Of a stretch of DNA of 32,000 nucleotides, positions 1 through 10,347 are shown in pieces (the stretch's first letter is position 1; the number at the start of each line of letters is the position of its first letter). The DNA is from Caedibacter taeniospiralis. GTDB lineage: Bacteria; Pseudomonadota; Gammaproteobacteria; Francisellales; Francisellaceae. Made by a program: the position numbers and the translations under genes. Where the stretch lies: the NCBI RefSeq assembly GCF_002803295.2, contig NZ_PGGB02000002.1:103476-135475 (forward strand), read 5' to 3'. The notes below the pieces were generated by a model that worked only from the letters and a program-made list of their open reading frames with translations, was not told the origin of the DNA and did not search any database.

Positions 1-1262
1 TTGACCCCATTCAGGCAATTGCTGAAAGCAGTTTAGCCAACTATCAATCAGAAATTTTAGGTCTGACCAAAGATTGCGCCATTGAAGTTACAGGGACATT
101 GGTGGCGTCTCAAGGCAAAGGTCAAAACGTTGAAATTCAAGCGGACAACGTTATTGTTCATGGCTGGATCGATAATCCTGAAACATATCCTGTATCCCCA
201 AAACGCCATACGATGGAATACCTTCGAGAACATGCACATTTGCGCGTTCGCACCAATCTGATTGGTGCTGTTTCACGCATGCGTCACACCTTGGCTCATG
301 CCATTCATAATTTCTTTCATGCTGAAGGTTTCTTCTGGGTGAACACGCCTATTTTAACCTCTAATGATTGTGAGGGTGCGGGCGAGCTTTTTCGCGTATC
401 TACACTTGATCAATTAAACCTGCCTAAAGATGACAAGGGAGAAATTGATTATACTCAGGATTTTTTTGGTCGCGAAACTTTTCTTACGGTTTCAGGGCAA
501 CTCAATGTTGAAACTTACTGCATGGCTTTATCAAAAGTTTACACTTTTGGTCCAACCTTTCGTGCTGAAAACTCCAACACGTCACGCCATTTGGCTGAGT
601 TTTGGATGGTGGAACCTGAGTTTGCTTTTGCCAGCTTAAGCGACGATGCTGACTTAGCTGAGAAGCTTTTGAAGTCTGTCATTAAAACAGTAATGAGTGA
701 ACGCCAGGATGATCTGCAATTCTTTGATCAGTTTATGGAAAAAGGGCTGTTAGACAAACTTGACTCTGTTGTTAATAATAATTTTATCCGCGTTGAGTAC
801 ACCGATGCAATTGAGATTTTAAAAACCTGTGGCAAAAAATTTGAATACTCCGTTGAATGGGGCTTGGATCTGCAATCTGAGCATGAGCGCTATTTATGTG
901 AAGAGCACTTTAAGTCCCCCGTTGTATTGATGAATTACCCTAAAGATATTAAGGCATTTTATATGCGCTTGAATGGTGATGGAAAAACCGTTGCTGCAAT
1001 GGATGTTCTGGTGCCAGGCATCGGTGAAATTATCGGTGGCAGCCAGCGCGAGGAGCGCCTTGAAATACTGGATCAGCGTATCGCTGAAACCGGGGTCGAT
1101 GCTGAAGGCTTATACTGGTATCGCGATCTACGTCGCTATGGTACCGTACCCCATTGCGGCTTTGGTCTTGGTTTTGAGCGCCTGTTGGGCTATATCACTG
1201 GCGTGCCAAACATTCGCGATGTCATCCCGTTTCCGCGTACGCCAGGAAATGCGAAGTTTTAA
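1..1262 (+). CDS. asnS: Asparaginyl-tRNA synthetase, 5' end outside window (reads in frame from base 3)
   Basis: Class II aaRS motifs: [55 protein letters not shown]-terminal [36 protein letters not shown]. Upstream frame ([20 protein letters not shown]...) is open to the window edge. Confidence 0.97.
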   Translation, partial: DPIQAIAESSLANYQSEILGLTKDCAIEVTGTLVASQGKGQNVEIQADNVIVHGWIDNPETYPVSPKRHTMEYLREHAHLRVRTNLIGAVSRMRHTLAHAIHNFFHAEGFFWVNTPILTSNDCEGAGELFRVSTLDQLNLPKDDKGEIDYTQDFFGRETFLTVSGQLNVETYCMALSKVYTFGPTFRAENSNTSRHLAEFWMVEPEFAFASLSDDADLAEKLLKSVIKTVMSERQDDLQFFDQFMEKGLLDKLDSVVNNNFIRVEYTDAIEILKTCGKKFEYSVEWGLDLQSEHERYLCEEHFKSPVVLMNYPKDIKAFYMRLNGDGKTVAAMDVLVPGIGEIIGGSQREERLEILDQRIAETGVDAEGLYWYRDLRRYGTVPHCGFGLGFERLLGYITGVPNIRDVIPFPRTPGNAKF

Positions 1263-1290
1263 CGCCACTATTCAGCAAAACCTTAATCAG

Positions 1291-1974
1291 TCACTCATCA
1301 AATCGATGATATTTTCCATGAGAGACAAATACCAGGCCATTACCCTTTTCATATTCAATAGAGACACATTGGGCAATGGCGTGATTACGCGTCCCAACCT
1401 GTTCAGCGAAACGTAATGTATATTGATTTAAATCAAATGCACATCCTTTGAGGGTCAAAGAGGTCAGCTCAAAAAGGGGAACAATTGAAATCATCTTTCC
1501 TTTAACATTTTTTAATTGCAGTTTTCTTGGCAAAATTTGCGACATACCATGGCGATCAATGATCGTAAAATCAAACTGCTGCTGGTAAGCGAACAACGTG
1601 GATAAATTGCCAAGATAGTGGTCCATTTCCCTGCCGCCAAAACCAAATAAAAACAGCGTTGTATAACCTTCTTTCGCCAGAAAGACTAATGACTTTTCAA
1701 AATCTGTCGAGTTTTGATCTTCATCTTGCTGATATGGCACTTCTCTAAGCTCCGCACTTTTAATTGAATCTCCGTCACCAATCACAAGCCTGATCTGCTT
1801 CATAAGAAACTTGGAGTGTTTTAGCTGATTAAACGCCCCATCAGCGCAATAGATGGGCAGATCAGATAAATGCTGTCGGATATAATGCTCACAAAAATCA
1901 AGATCTATCTCACCATTGATAAACAAAATTGCTTTTTCCACCATATGAAAACTCGCTTTTTTTAGTACGCGCAT
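1291..1974 (-). CDS. Thiamine pyrophosphokinase-like protein (true start possibly at 1941, MVEKAILFINGE)
   Basis: Protein contains YCADGAFNQL, LVIGDGDSI, DQNSTDFEKSL and GFGGREMDHYLGNL, typical of the TPK catalytic domain. Confidence 0.85.
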   Translation of the reverse strand: MRVLKKASFHMVEKAILFINGEIDLDFCEHYIRQHLSDLPIYCADGAFNQLKHSKFLMKQIRLVIGDGDSIKSAELREVPYQQDEDQNSTDFEKSLVFLAKEGYTTLFLFGFGGREMDHYLGNLSTLFAYQQQFDFTIIDRHGMSQILPRKLQLKNVKGKMISIVPLFELTSLTLKGCAFDLNQYTLRFAEQVGTRNHAIAQCVSIEYEKGNGLVFVSHGKYHRFDE

Positions 1975-2015
1975 GAGTATATACTCACGGCAAGCACAAA
2001 AAAATAATAAATCTG

Positions 2016-2897
2016 ATGGATCATCAATTTGGACTGTTTATAAACTACCTGAAATTTGAGCGTAATTACGCTGAACTTACAATTAGTGCATATGAACGCG
2101 ATCTATCTCAATTTTGTGACTTTCTCGCCAAACATAAGAAAACACTAATGCAAAGCAGTAACAAAGACATCAAGTTGTGGCTAAAAACGCTGCACAGTCA
2201 CGGTCTTTCAGCCAGGTCTATCCAACGTAAACTAAGCACGCTTAAATCGTGCTTTTGTTACTTTGTCAACAATGGTGCAGTAGATAGCAATCCTTCTCAT
2301 GGCATTAAAGCGCCTAAGGCTGCAAAAAAGCTACCCAAAACCCTAGATGTCGATCAAATGCAAAGCCTCTTAGACTATCAAACAGACGACAGTTTAGAGA
2401 TTTGCGATCTGGCAATGCTCGAATTGATTTATAGCAGTGGTCTACGCCTGAATGAGCTTGCAAAATTAAGATTTGCCCAGATGGATATTTCACAAAAAAT
2501 ATTGCGCGTAGTGGGCAAAGGTAACAAGGAGCGTATTGTCCCCATCGGCAGCAAAGCAATTCTGGCGTTAAACAAATGGCTGAATGTCCGTAGTTTACTC
2601 AATTGCGATCATGATTATATTTTTACGACCCTTAAAGGCGCACCAATACACGTGCGCAGTATTCAAAAACGCTTCGAGAAATTTGCGCAGATTCATGCAC
2701 CGAAACACATTCATCCGCACATGTTAAGACACGCTTTTGCCAGTCATTTACTGGAGTCATCCAGGGATCTTGTTGCCGTGCAAACCCTACTCGGACATAG
2801 CGATATTTCGACCACACAAATCTATACACATCTTGACTTCCAGCAGTTAGCTCAAGTTTATGATCAGACCCATCCACGTGCTAGAAGAAAAAAATAG
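2016..2897 (+). CDS. xerC: Tyrosine recombinase XerC/XerD family, most like XerC
   Basis: N-terminal SAM-like domain; catalytic signature SSGLRLNELAKL, GKGNKERIVPIG, HPHMLRHAFASHLLESSRDLVAVQTLLGHSDISTTQIYTHLD. Confidence 0.9.
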   Translation: MDHQFGLFINYLKFERNYAELTISAYERDLSQFCDFLAKHKKTLMQSSNKDIKLWLKTLHSHGLSARSIQRKLSTLKSCFCYFVNNGAVDSNPSHGIKAPKAAKKLPKTLDVDQMQSLLDYQTDDSLEICDLAMLELIYSSGLRLNELAKLRFAQMDISQKILRVVGKGNKERIVPIGSKAILALNKWLNVRSLLNCDHDYIFTTLKGAPIHVRSIQKRFEKFAQIHAPKHIHPHMLRHAFASHLLESSRDLVAVQTLLGHSDISTTQIYTHLDFQQLAQVYDQTHPRARRKK

Positions 2898-2898
2898 A

Positions 2899-3645
2899 AT
2901 GTATACCATACACTTTGTTAAGGAAGCTCATCAGCCAATTACTTTAGAACCGCCGCAAGATAGTCATATCCAAGTGTGCAGTAATATCCCTGACAATGGC
3001 TTTTATCTTTGTTATGTTGATAACCAGCTTACCTTGAAGCATACACATTCCCGCTTATCACTTGCCGTTGACTTCAATAGCGCTGATATTCAAAATCGGA
3101 TTAAAGCAAATACTGCCAGGCTTGACCTAATCAAAGCTATCGAAGGAAAAAGCAAGCAGCCACTGTATGTTTTAGATATGACAGCAGGTTTAGGACAGGA
3201 TAGCTTTTGTATTGCCGCTCGTGGGCACAGAGTTACTGCTATTGAAAGCAATCCATATGTTTTTTTGTTACTGCTGGATGGTTTAAAGCGCGCAGTTGCA
3301 GAACCAAAACTAGCCCCGATTGCCAATCAAATACAGGTGAATTTTGCCAACTCAGGTGCCGCCAACGACAACCTGCTATCCGCAGGTTATGATGTCATTT
3401 ACCTTGATCCCATGTTTCCTGAACGCGCTAAAAGCGCTAAAGTCAAAAAGAATATGCAGCTTTTACACGAACTTGTTGGGATAGATGATCATAATAATCA
3501 AAGCCTGTGGGAAAGGGCAAAAGCATTGCAGCCTAAGAAAATCGTCGTTAAACGCCCACGATTGGGTATATTTCTTAGTATTGAAAAGCCAGGTAGTCAA
3601 GTCATAGGAAAAAGCAGTCGATTTGATATTTATGCTTTGCCCTGA
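2899..3645 (+). CDS. rsmJ: 16S rRNA (guanine1516-N2)-methyltransferase-like
   Basis: Class I MTase: LYVLDMTAGLGQDSFCIAARGHRVTAIESNPYVFLLLLDGLKRA and VIYLDPMFPERAKSAKVKKNMQ. ORF is open from 2860; ATG at 2899 follows the xerC stop directly. Confidence 0.88.
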   Translation: MYTIHFVKEAHQPITLEPPQDSHIQVCSNIPDNGFYLCYVDNQLTLKHTHSRLSLAVDFNSADIQNRIKANTARLDLIKAIEGKSKQPLYVLDMTAGLGQDSFCIAARGHRVTAIESNPYVFLLLLDGLKRAVAEPKLAPIANQIQVNFANSGAANDNLLSAGYDVIYLDPMFPERAKSAKVKKNMQLLHELVGIDDHNNQSLWERAKALQPKKIVVKRPRLGIFLSIEKPGSQVIGKSSRFDIYALP

Positions 3646-3741
3646 GTTTTCTCTTCTTGAATGTCAGGTCTTTTGCTCTATAGTAGTTTTGTGCGTCTGT
3701 GAAAATGGGCAAGTATTCAAGAACATGACAGGAGTGTAACC

Positions 3742-4986
3742 ATGACAAGCAAAAAGCTTACTCGTAACATTTTAATGGGGATGGCGCTTGGCGTTATTGT
3801 GGGTTTAATTTTTCATCCTTTTGCCAATGTTGGCTGGATTGATTCCTATATCAGTGATGGCATTTTACACCTTGCTGGCACGGTGTTTGTGACTTTGATG
3901 AAGATGCTTGTGGTGCCATTGGTATTGGTATCCATTATCTGCGGGGCCAGCAATGTAGCCGATCCCAAAAGCCTTGGGCGTATTGGCGGCAAAACGATTG
4001 CTATTTATATTCTGACCACAGCTATTGCAATTGCTTTGGCGATTGTGATTTCCTTATTATTTCAAATCGGCAAAGGTGCCAATATTTCCACCGAAAACTT
4101 AAACTTCAACGCAGCACCCGCACAAAGCTTTATGCAAACCATTTTAAGCTTATTTACGGCTAATCCAGTAGATTCACTGGCAAAAGGGCATATGTTGCAA
4201 ATCATCGTATTTGCACTTCTATTTGGTCTTGCGATCAATTTTGCCAAAGACTCGGGTGCGCGAATTAAACATTGGTTTGATGATTTAAATGAAGTGATCA
4301 TGTCACTGGTGAGTATTGTCATGGCCCTAACACCATATGGGGTTTTTGCCTTAATTGCCAGGCTTGTGATCACCACTGATCTGGATAAATTTATCTATGT
4401 TTTGGGTTATTTTGCTACGGTATTGATCGTGCTGTTTCTTCATCTGTTTGTCACCAATGGCATTTTAGTTGGGGTGTTTGCTAAATTAAACCCCATCACA
4501 TTTTTCAAGAAAATGTTGCCTGTGCAACTGTTTGCCTTTTCCACCGCAAGTAGCAATGCTACTTTACCGTTGACACTTGAGACGGCTGAAAAAAGTATCG
4601 GGATTGACAACAAGATTGCAGGATTTACCATTCCATTGGGTGCCACGATTAACATGGATGGCACGGCAATTATGCAAGGGGTTGCAACGGTATTCATTGC
4701 ACATGTGTACAATATTGATCTAAGTCTAAGCGCCTATCTTACCGTAATCCTAACCGCCACACTAAGCTCAATTGGCACGGCAGGGGTTCCAGGTATTGGT
4801 TTGATTACACTCACTCTGGTATTAACCCAGGTTGGTTTACCTGTTGAGGGGATAGCGCTTATTATCGGAATTGACCGCATTCTGGATATGGTAAGAACGG
4901 CAGTCAATGTCACGGGGGATGTATCCGTCACCGCAGTGGTTGCCAATAATGAGAAACAGATAAATCGGCAGATCTATAACGCCTAA
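3742..4986 (+). CDS. Dicarboxylate/amino acid:cation symporter (DAACS family)
   Basis: Multi-TM protein with FSTASSNATLPLTLETAEKSIGIDNKIAGFTIPLGATINMDGTAIMQGV and DRILDMVRTAVNVTGD. RBS-like aggag upstream of ATG. Confidence 0.92.
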   Translation: MTSKKLTRNILMGMALGVIVGLIFHPFANVGWIDSYISDGILHLAGTVFVTLMKMLVVPLVLVSIICGASNVADPKSLGRIGGKTIAIYILTTAIAIALAIVISLLFQIGKGANISTENLNFNAAPAQSFMQTILSLFTANPVDSLAKGHMLQIIVFALLFGLAINFAKDSGARIKHWFDDLNEVIMSLVSIVMALTPYGVFALIARLVITTDLDKFIYVLGYFATVLIVLFLHLFVTNGILVGVFAKLNPITFFKKMLPVQLFAFSTASSNATLPLTLETAEKSIGIDNKIAGFTIPLGATINMDGTAIMQGVATVFIAHVYNIDLSLSAYLTVILTATLSSIGTAGVPGIGLITLTLVLTQVGLPVEGIALIIGIDRILDMVRTAVNVTGDVSVTAVVANNEKQINRQIYNA

Positions 4987-5030
4987 TCGGCAGAGTCCAA
5001 CTATGGAAAAATGGAAAAGAGCAAGTTCAA

Positions 5031-6314
5031 TTATTGCTTTTGCATGAAAGTAAAAATCGTTGGATTAATGCCAATCTTTTTAATCACCATATGGGTTAAA
5101 ACAATGTTCCAGAAAATCATTGCAACAGCGGAAGCAATGGCGACGCCATAAGCATTTAAGTTTGGAATCAGAATAACGCCGAGAACAATATTAATTATGA
5201 GTGCAATATAAAAAACCCGACAAGTGGTTTTCTCAAATCCTGCCATGTTAAGGATGGTAAAAACACTACCACACAGAACATTGACGGCTTGCCCGATCAT
5301 CAGTATACAAAAAAGTGAATAAGCTTGCGTATAGGTCTGACCATACAGCAGGGTGATCCAATAACCAGCAGCAATAAGGGCAATCATGCCTAATGCGGAT
5401 AAAGCACAGATAATTCGCGTATAGCCGGTAATTTTGTGCTGGAAGGCGCCCCTGTCAAGTACTTTATAATCATTAGCGACTTGTGCCATGATGTTGGAGC
5501 TGACCGCATTAAGCACAAACACAATAAGTGCACTCAGTTGCAAGGCAACCGCATAATAGGCGATATTTTCGTTGCTGGAAAATATTTTAAGTAAAACGAT
5601 ATCAATTTGACTTAAGAGGAGATTTCCCCACTTTAACAGCATGAAGGCGGTATTACTGCCTTCTGGTTTGTTGCTGTTAAATCCATATTTAACACTGATC
5701 TTTAACCACAGAATCAGCATATATATGGCAATTGCACTAAACATTGAGGCGACTAATAATGGGGTGGTTGAAATCTGTATCAATAGAAAAACCCCAATGA
5801 TGCTCAACATAATCAGCCGCATAATAAATTGAATTAAATTGGCATAAATTACTTTTTTATTGGCAATATAAAATGACTGCAATAGATTTGCGATAAAAAA
5901 TGGTAAGGCAAATAAAAATGCAAAGACCTCAATAAAACTTGCGTTTGGATCGAATAAATAAATATAGCCAAAGCAAAGTACAGCGGCAAAGCTCAGCAAT
6001 AATATGCCGCGACGCCAAAACCAGTTATGCAGATGAAATACTTCAATCATGCGCGAGCGTCCACTTTTTTCAGACCAGCCCCAGCTGCGCGCCAAAATGC
6101 CATCGGCACCGAGAGTGGCAATCACAGCAGAAATGGTGGCAATCGTCACGCCAAACATGTATTGACCATATTCGGTAACAGATAGGTAGTGAGCAAGTAA
6201 AATTGCTGAAGCAAATGCCGTCATTTGCCCTAAGCCCTGGATAAACATCGTTGCCAGGGACTTTACTAAAATCTCGTTTTTAGCCAATGCCTTAAGTTGC
6301 GCTAATTTACCCAT
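5031..6314 (-). CDS. Oligosaccharide flippase / polysaccharide biosynthesis family membrane protein
   Basis: 427 aa, ~12 hydrophobic segments; N-terminal KSLATMFIQGLGQMTAFASAILLAHYLSVTEYGQYMFG is typical of the Wzx/MATE-like flippase superfamily. Confidence 0.85.
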   Translation of the reverse strand: MGKLAQLKALAKNEILVKSLATMFIQGLGQMTAFASAILLAHYLSVTEYGQYMFGVTIATISAVIATLGADGILARSWGWSEKSGRSRMIEVFHLHNWFWRRGILLLSFAAVLCFGYIYLFDPNASFIEVFAFLFALPFFIANLLQSFYIANKKVIYANLIQFIMRLIMLSIIGVFLLIQISTTPLLVASMFSAIAIYMLILWLKISVKYGFNSNKPEGSNTAFMLLKWGNLLLSQIDIVLLKIFSSNENIAYYAVALQLSALIVFVLNAVSSNIMAQVANDYKVLDRGAFQHKITGYTRIICALSALGMIALIAAGYWITLLYGQTYTQAYSLFCILMIGQAVNVLCGSVFTILNMAGFEKTTCRVFYIALIINIVLGVILIPNLNAYGVAIASAVAMIFWNIVLTHMVIKKIGINPTIFTFMQKQ

Positions 6315-6635
6315 TTAAATACACCTTTTTGGTTTCGGTAACCCTGCAATTTTCGCAGCCTGAACGGCTGGTGATATGGGAAAGAGGCTTTGCAGATACA
6401 GGCTGTTGCCTATGTCGCTGCCATGTTGCTCCTTGAGTGATTTTACCAGTAGTCGAATGGCAGGGGAGCTTTGATGCACTTCATAGTATTTGCGTAAAAA
6501 ATAGATAATCTGCCAATGCGCTTGGGTTAATTCGATGTGCTCCTGTCTGGCAAAAAATAGCGCAATTTCAGGTGACCATTGTCGATAGTCTTTGAGAAAA
6601 CCATGGGTATCGATAAGTGTTTCTATGTTTTCCAT
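6315..6635 (-). CDS. tusE: TusE/DsrC family sulfur-relay protein
   Basis: MENIETLIDTHGFLKDYRQWSPEIALFFARQEHIELTQAHWQIIYFLRKYYEV...HGSDIGNSLYLQSLFPISPAVQAAKIAGLPKPKRCI; conserved C-terminal Cys region of the TusE/DsrC family. Confidence 0.88.
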   Translation of the reverse strand: MENIETLIDTHGFLKDYRQWSPEIALFFARQEHIELTQAHWQIIYFLRKYYEVHQSSPAIRLLVKSLKEQHGSDIGNSLYLQSLFPISPAVQAAKIAGLPKPKRCI

Positions 6636-6864
6636 GGGTAAGCGGTTTTATATAATCATATAATCGGGCTATGGTAGAGAATTTAAGAGGGATAGTGAAG
6701 CTAAAATTTAGGCGGTGACCATCTTTCCACCCACTTTGTGAAAAAGCACCATCAGAACCTTTGATTTCATCAAGGTTTTTGATGGTAGCTTGCTTGTTTT
6801 GGGCGGATACTTTGTCTAAGCCGAGCGAGCAATGGAGACTTGTACAGCATGGCAATCAGGTATA

Positions 6865-6886
6865 TTCCCACGCGGGAGCGTGGGAA
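6865..6886. repeat. Palindromic intergenic element, 9-bp perfect inverted repeat (TTCCCACGC-GGGA-GCGTGGGAA)
   Basis: Read directly: left arm 6865-6873, loop 6874-6877, right arm 6878-6886. The 'CCCACGC...GCGTGGGAACG' motif resembles dispersed palindromes common in many proteobacteria. Confidence 0.8.
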
Positions 6887-6947
6887 CGAGCAACCTGGCA
6901 TTCCTTTGCTATTCCAACCCAAATGAATCCTTGCGGAGTACACAAGT

Positions 6948-8609
6948 TTATTTATTGAGCTTTTCTTTGATCAAGTCACCAATAGTTGTTGGCGCCATTT
7001 GTTCGGCTTTGTAGCTGGATTTAGCTGCTTTCTCAGTGTCCTCATCCAAGCCTTTGATTGAAAGGTTGATACTGCGGCGTTTTGTGTCAATATTGCTGAT
7101 GCGGGCATGAATTTCTTGACCCACTTTAAGCTCATGACGCGCGTCCTCAACGTGTTCACGTGAAATATCAGCAACACGAATAAACCCTTCAACTTCTGGA
7201 GCTAACTCAACCGTTGCCCCATTTTGTTGTACAGAGGTAACGACACCAGTCACTTTAGCGCCTTTGTCATTTGTGGCAGTATATTGGGTGAAAGGGTCGC
7301 CAGAAAGCTGTTTGATGCCTAGTGCAATCCGTTCACGTTCGATATCAACCGATAACATAACCGCTTCTATGTCTTCACCTTTTTTCAGTTGTTTAACAAT
7401 GTCTTCAGGCTTGTTCCATGAAACATCAGAGATGTGAACAAGACCATCAATATGACCATCTAAACCAATGAAAATACCGAAATCAGTGATAGAACGAATC
7501 TTGCCTTTTACTTTGTCGCCTGGCTTATGAGTATTTGCAAATGCTTGCCATGGGTTGATGATACATTGCTTCATGCCAAGAGAAATGCGATGGCGTGAGG
7601 GCTCAACTTCAAGCACCATAACTTCAACTTCTTGACCAAGTGAAACTAACTTATGAGGGTTGGCGTTTTTGTTTGTCCAGTCCATCTCAGACGTGTGGAC
7701 CAGACCTTCAATACCTTCTTTAAGTTTAACAAAGCAGCCGTAGTCAGTAATATTAGTGATTTTACCCATCAGTTTGGTGCCAACAGTAAGTTCTGCAGCA
7801 ACACTTGCCCATGGATCTTCGCCAAGTTGTTTGATACCAAGAGAGATACGTCCCTTCTCATTATCAAACTTAATGATTTTAACGTCGATTTCATCACCCA
7901 GTGCCAACATATCACTTGGATGCTTAATGCGGCTCCAAGACATATCTGTGATGTGTAACAAACCGTCAATACCGCCAAGGTCAACAAACGCACCAAAGTC
8001 AGTGATATTTTTAATGACACCTTTAACGACCGAACCTTCACTTAATTTTTCAAATAGTGCTTCGCGATCTTCTTGTGACTCAGCTTCGATGACTGCGCGC
8101 CGAGAAACAACGATATTGTTGCGTTTAGTATCAAGCTTGACAATTTTGAGCTCAATGTCTTTATCTTCCAGGTGAGAGACGTCACGCAATGGGCGAACGT
8201 CTATCAAAGATCCTGGTAAGAAAGCACGTAAGCCTTCAACTTCAACAGTGTAACCACCGCGAACGTGGTTAGTGATGCGACCAAGCACGGTATCTTGATC
8301 ATTGCACGCTTTTTCAAGTGCATCCCAGACTTCGATGCGTTTTGCCTTCTCGCGAGATAGACGTGTTTCGCCGTAGCTGTTATCAAGTGCATCAAGCACA
8401 ACATCTACTTGATCGCCTACTTGAACTTCAATCTCCCCTCGATTATTTTTAAATTGATCAAGTGAAACAATGGATTCTGATTTTAAACCTGCATCAACCC
8501 AGGCAAATTCGCGATCAATCGCAACGACAGTCGCCTTGATGATTTTGCCAACGCGCATTTCTGTTTCTTTCAGTGAAGCTTCAAACAGGTCTTTAAAATT
8601 TTCAATCAT
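6948..8609 (-). CDS. rpsA: 30S ribosomal protein S1
   Basis: 553 aa with repeated S1 RNA-binding domains ([30 protein letters not shown]; [35 protein letters not shown]; [20 protein letters not shown]). Confidence 0.98.
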   Translation of the reverse strand: MIENFKDLFEASLKETEMRVGKIIKATVVAIDREFAWVDAGLKSESIVSLDQFKNNRGEIEVQVGDQVDVVLDALDNSYGETRLSREKAKRIEVWDALEKACNDQDTVLGRITNHVRGGYTVEVEGLRAFLPGSLIDVRPLRDVSHLEDKDIELKIVKLDTKRNNIVVSRRAVIEAESQEDREALFEKLSEGSVVKGVIKNITDFGAFVDLGGIDGLLHITDMSWSRIKHPSDMLALGDEIDVKIIKFDNEKGRISLGIKQLGEDPWASVAAELTVGTKLMGKITNITDYGCFVKLKEGIEGLVHTSEMDWTNKNANPHKLVSLGQEVEVMVLEVEPSRHRISLGMKQCIINPWQAFANTHKPGDKVKGKIRSITDFGIFIGLDGHIDGLVHISDVSWNKPEDIVKQLKKGEDIEAVMLSVDIERERIALGIKQLSGDPFTQYTATNDKGAKVTGVVTSVQQNGATVELAPEVEGFIRVADISREHVEDARHELKVGQEIHARISNIDTKRRSINLSIKGLDEDTEKAAKSSYKAEQMAPTTIGDLIKEKLNK

Positions 8610-8887
8610 GGTTTATTTCCAATATATCTTAAGCCAGTGGTTAGTTATACATCGAGTTTGATACATTCACTGGTAAACTGCATAAACTCAGCCTAGAAGG
8701 TGGCGAAATTCTATAGGATTATGAGGGGGTTTTCAATTGCTTGTTTTTGTTTTGTGCAAAAAAATGGTTAAAACTTTAATTTATGTTTGCTTTGGATGAA
8801 AGTGAGTTAAAGTAATCATAAAGTCGTGCATCCGTCAAAGCATTATGGCAAATGTATTGCGATGCGGCACAAAAAGGTGAAACAAGC

Positions 8888-9019
8888 ATGAATGACTTTA
8901 GGCAAAAGTTAATAGCTCATGATTACATTGCGCAACGAGTATTTGATGCTTATTTTGAAAATGAAAATGAACCAGAAAGCAGGGGTTTACGGGGCTGCTT
9001 GTTTATTAAGCAAAAGTAA
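8888..9019 (+). CDS. Possible small ORF, 43 aa (MNDFRQKLIAHDYIAQRVFDAYFENENEPESRGLRGCLFIKQK)
   Basis: ATG at 8888 preceded by aaaaaggtga (8871-8880), a plausible Shine-Dalgarno at suitable spacing; TAA at 9017-9019. Below the ORF-track length cutoff. Confidence 0.3.
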   Translation: MNDFRQKLIAHDYIAQRVFDAYFENENEPESRGLRGCLFIKQK

Positions 9020-9191
9020 AGGGATAATCTATTGTTTAGCCTGAATTGCTTGACGAATGCCTCGGCTTTGGTTATCAATAGGCGAAAGTGTAAATTACAA
9101 AGTATCGGATCCTGGTCATAAAGCTGACTAAGGTTTAGATTAGGAAGGTAGAGATGGACATAATGTTTAAATGGAGTAAGGAGTGTTAAAA

Positions 9192-9518
9192 ATGGCAAAT
9201 CAATATTCTCAAAGCTTTGAAATTATCTTATCGAAAAAGTATGGTCGTTCGGCAGAAGAAGTATTAAGAAGCTACTCTAGCGAGGGATTAAGCTACGAAG
9301 ATGTTGCTGGTAAATTTGGTTTTAAAACGACGACCGTGCGCAAGTGGTGTCGTAAGTACAATATAGAGCTGCTGGGTCCGACAGAAATTAATGCAGAAAA
9401 GGCTTATGAGACGCTGTATCAGTCGAGCTTAAATGCAGTATCCTTTAATACCTATAATGTTTTATATCGTCCATGGTCGATCCATCATCAATATTTTAAG
9501 GTTAAGTGTGAAAATTAA
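9192..9518 (+). CDS. Small helix-turn-helix domain protein (transposase-N-like HTH), function unknown
   Basis: SAEEVLRSYSSEGLSYEDVAGKFGFKTTTVRKWCRKYNIELLGP matches a helix-turn-helix of the HTH_23/transposase-like type; ATG at 9192 (GTG at 9183 also in frame). Confidence 0.65.
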   Translation: MANQYSQSFEIILSKKYGRSAEEVLRSYSSEGLSYEDVAGKFGFKTTTVRKWCRKYNIELLGPTEINAEKAYETLYQSSLNAVSFNTYNVLYRPWSIHHQYFKVKCEN

Positions 9519-9546
9519 AATTTCTTTTTCTTTTTATCAAAGGGTG

Positions 9547-9981
9547 CTAATGAAGTTTTAGCAGTTCAAACAGCAACATTAAAATCATCGTAAATAAACA
9601 CGCAGTTGATACTAAAAAAGAGCAAAGGCGCAGACTCAGATTGTTCGTGCTTAAGTGGATGATTGAGTTGATAATCCGAAAGCTTACAAACAGCCAGCCA
9701 AGCACTAAAAAATAATGTATTTTCATCAGTGCGGGGGTTAGCAGGATAATGATAAAGCAGATATAAAATAAGACAGGCATTTGAAACAGGTTGTCCAGGT
9801 GCCTTGAGGTGATTTCAAGCCAGGGGTGCTCCTTTTTGTAGAAGTCCATTGAACGTAGATCATCAAGCGAGATTTTATCTTTTCGTATGGCCTGTATCCG
9901 ACTGAATAAAGTAATAAAAACGCTGATGATGGTGAGGATCATCATTACAATAACTGGGATTGACCATGTGATTGTCGACAT
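9547..9981 (-). CDS. MAPEG-family-like small membrane protein
   Basis: 144 aa with ~4 TM segments; SRHLDNLFQMPVLFYICFIIILL and LVLGWLFVSFRIINSIIHLSTNNLSLRLCSFLVS match the MAPEG (YecN/DUF-like) pattern. Confidence 0.65.
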   Translation of the reverse strand: MSTITWSIPVIVMMILTIISVFITLFSRIQAIRKDKISLDDLRSMDFYKKEHPWLEITSRHLDNLFQMPVLFYICFIIILLTPALMKIHYFLVLGWLFVSFRIINSIIHLSTNNLSLRLCSFLVSTACLFTMILMLLFELLKLH

Positions 9982-10071
9982 CTTTAAGTTGCTCCTGTTT
10001 TTTTAGTAAACCAGATTCTATGGCTTTGACGCAATATGCCATCATGGGTAAAGATGTTGTTAAAGCCGATT

Positions 10072-10332
10072 TTATTGCTTACTAACACTCAACTGAGCCC
10101 ACTGTTCTGGGGTGTGGGTTTTCATCGCAATCGCATGAAGCTCGCCAGAAGCAATATAGTCATTGATGACCGCATAAACTATTTGTTGCTGTTTGACTTT
10201 GCTTAAGATCCCATTGAATAAATCACTAATGATAATCGCATCAAAGTGGATATTATCATCACTTGCAATCATTGCGATGGTGTTGCTGCCAAGTTTATTT
10301 TCAATGATCGTTTTGAGCTCAGTCGTATTCAT
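10072..10332 (-). CDS. ibaG: BolA/IbaG family protein
   Basis: 86 aa, ELKTIIENKLGSNTIAMIASDDNIHFDAIIISDLFNGILSKVKQQQIVYAVINDYIASGELHAIAMKTHTPEQW; located directly after mlaB as in E. coli. Confidence 0.85.
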   Translation of the reverse strand: MNTTELKTIIENKLGSNTIAMIASDDNIHFDAIIISDLFNGILSKVKQQQIVYAVINDYIASGELHAIAMKTHTPEQWAQLSVSKQ

Positions 10333-10347
10333 ATTACATTTCTCGTG

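Noticed and set aside
6568-6855. 95-aa minus ORF and the 6761-7014 plus ORFs over the rpsA-tusE spacer
   Set aside because: These read into the tusE start or rpsA and through a palindromic repeat, with no domain-like sequence; treated as spurious.
9183-9518. Functional IS element at the small HTH gene
   Set aside because: Only an HTH domain is present; no DDE catalytic ORF and no terminal inverted repeats or duplications seen.
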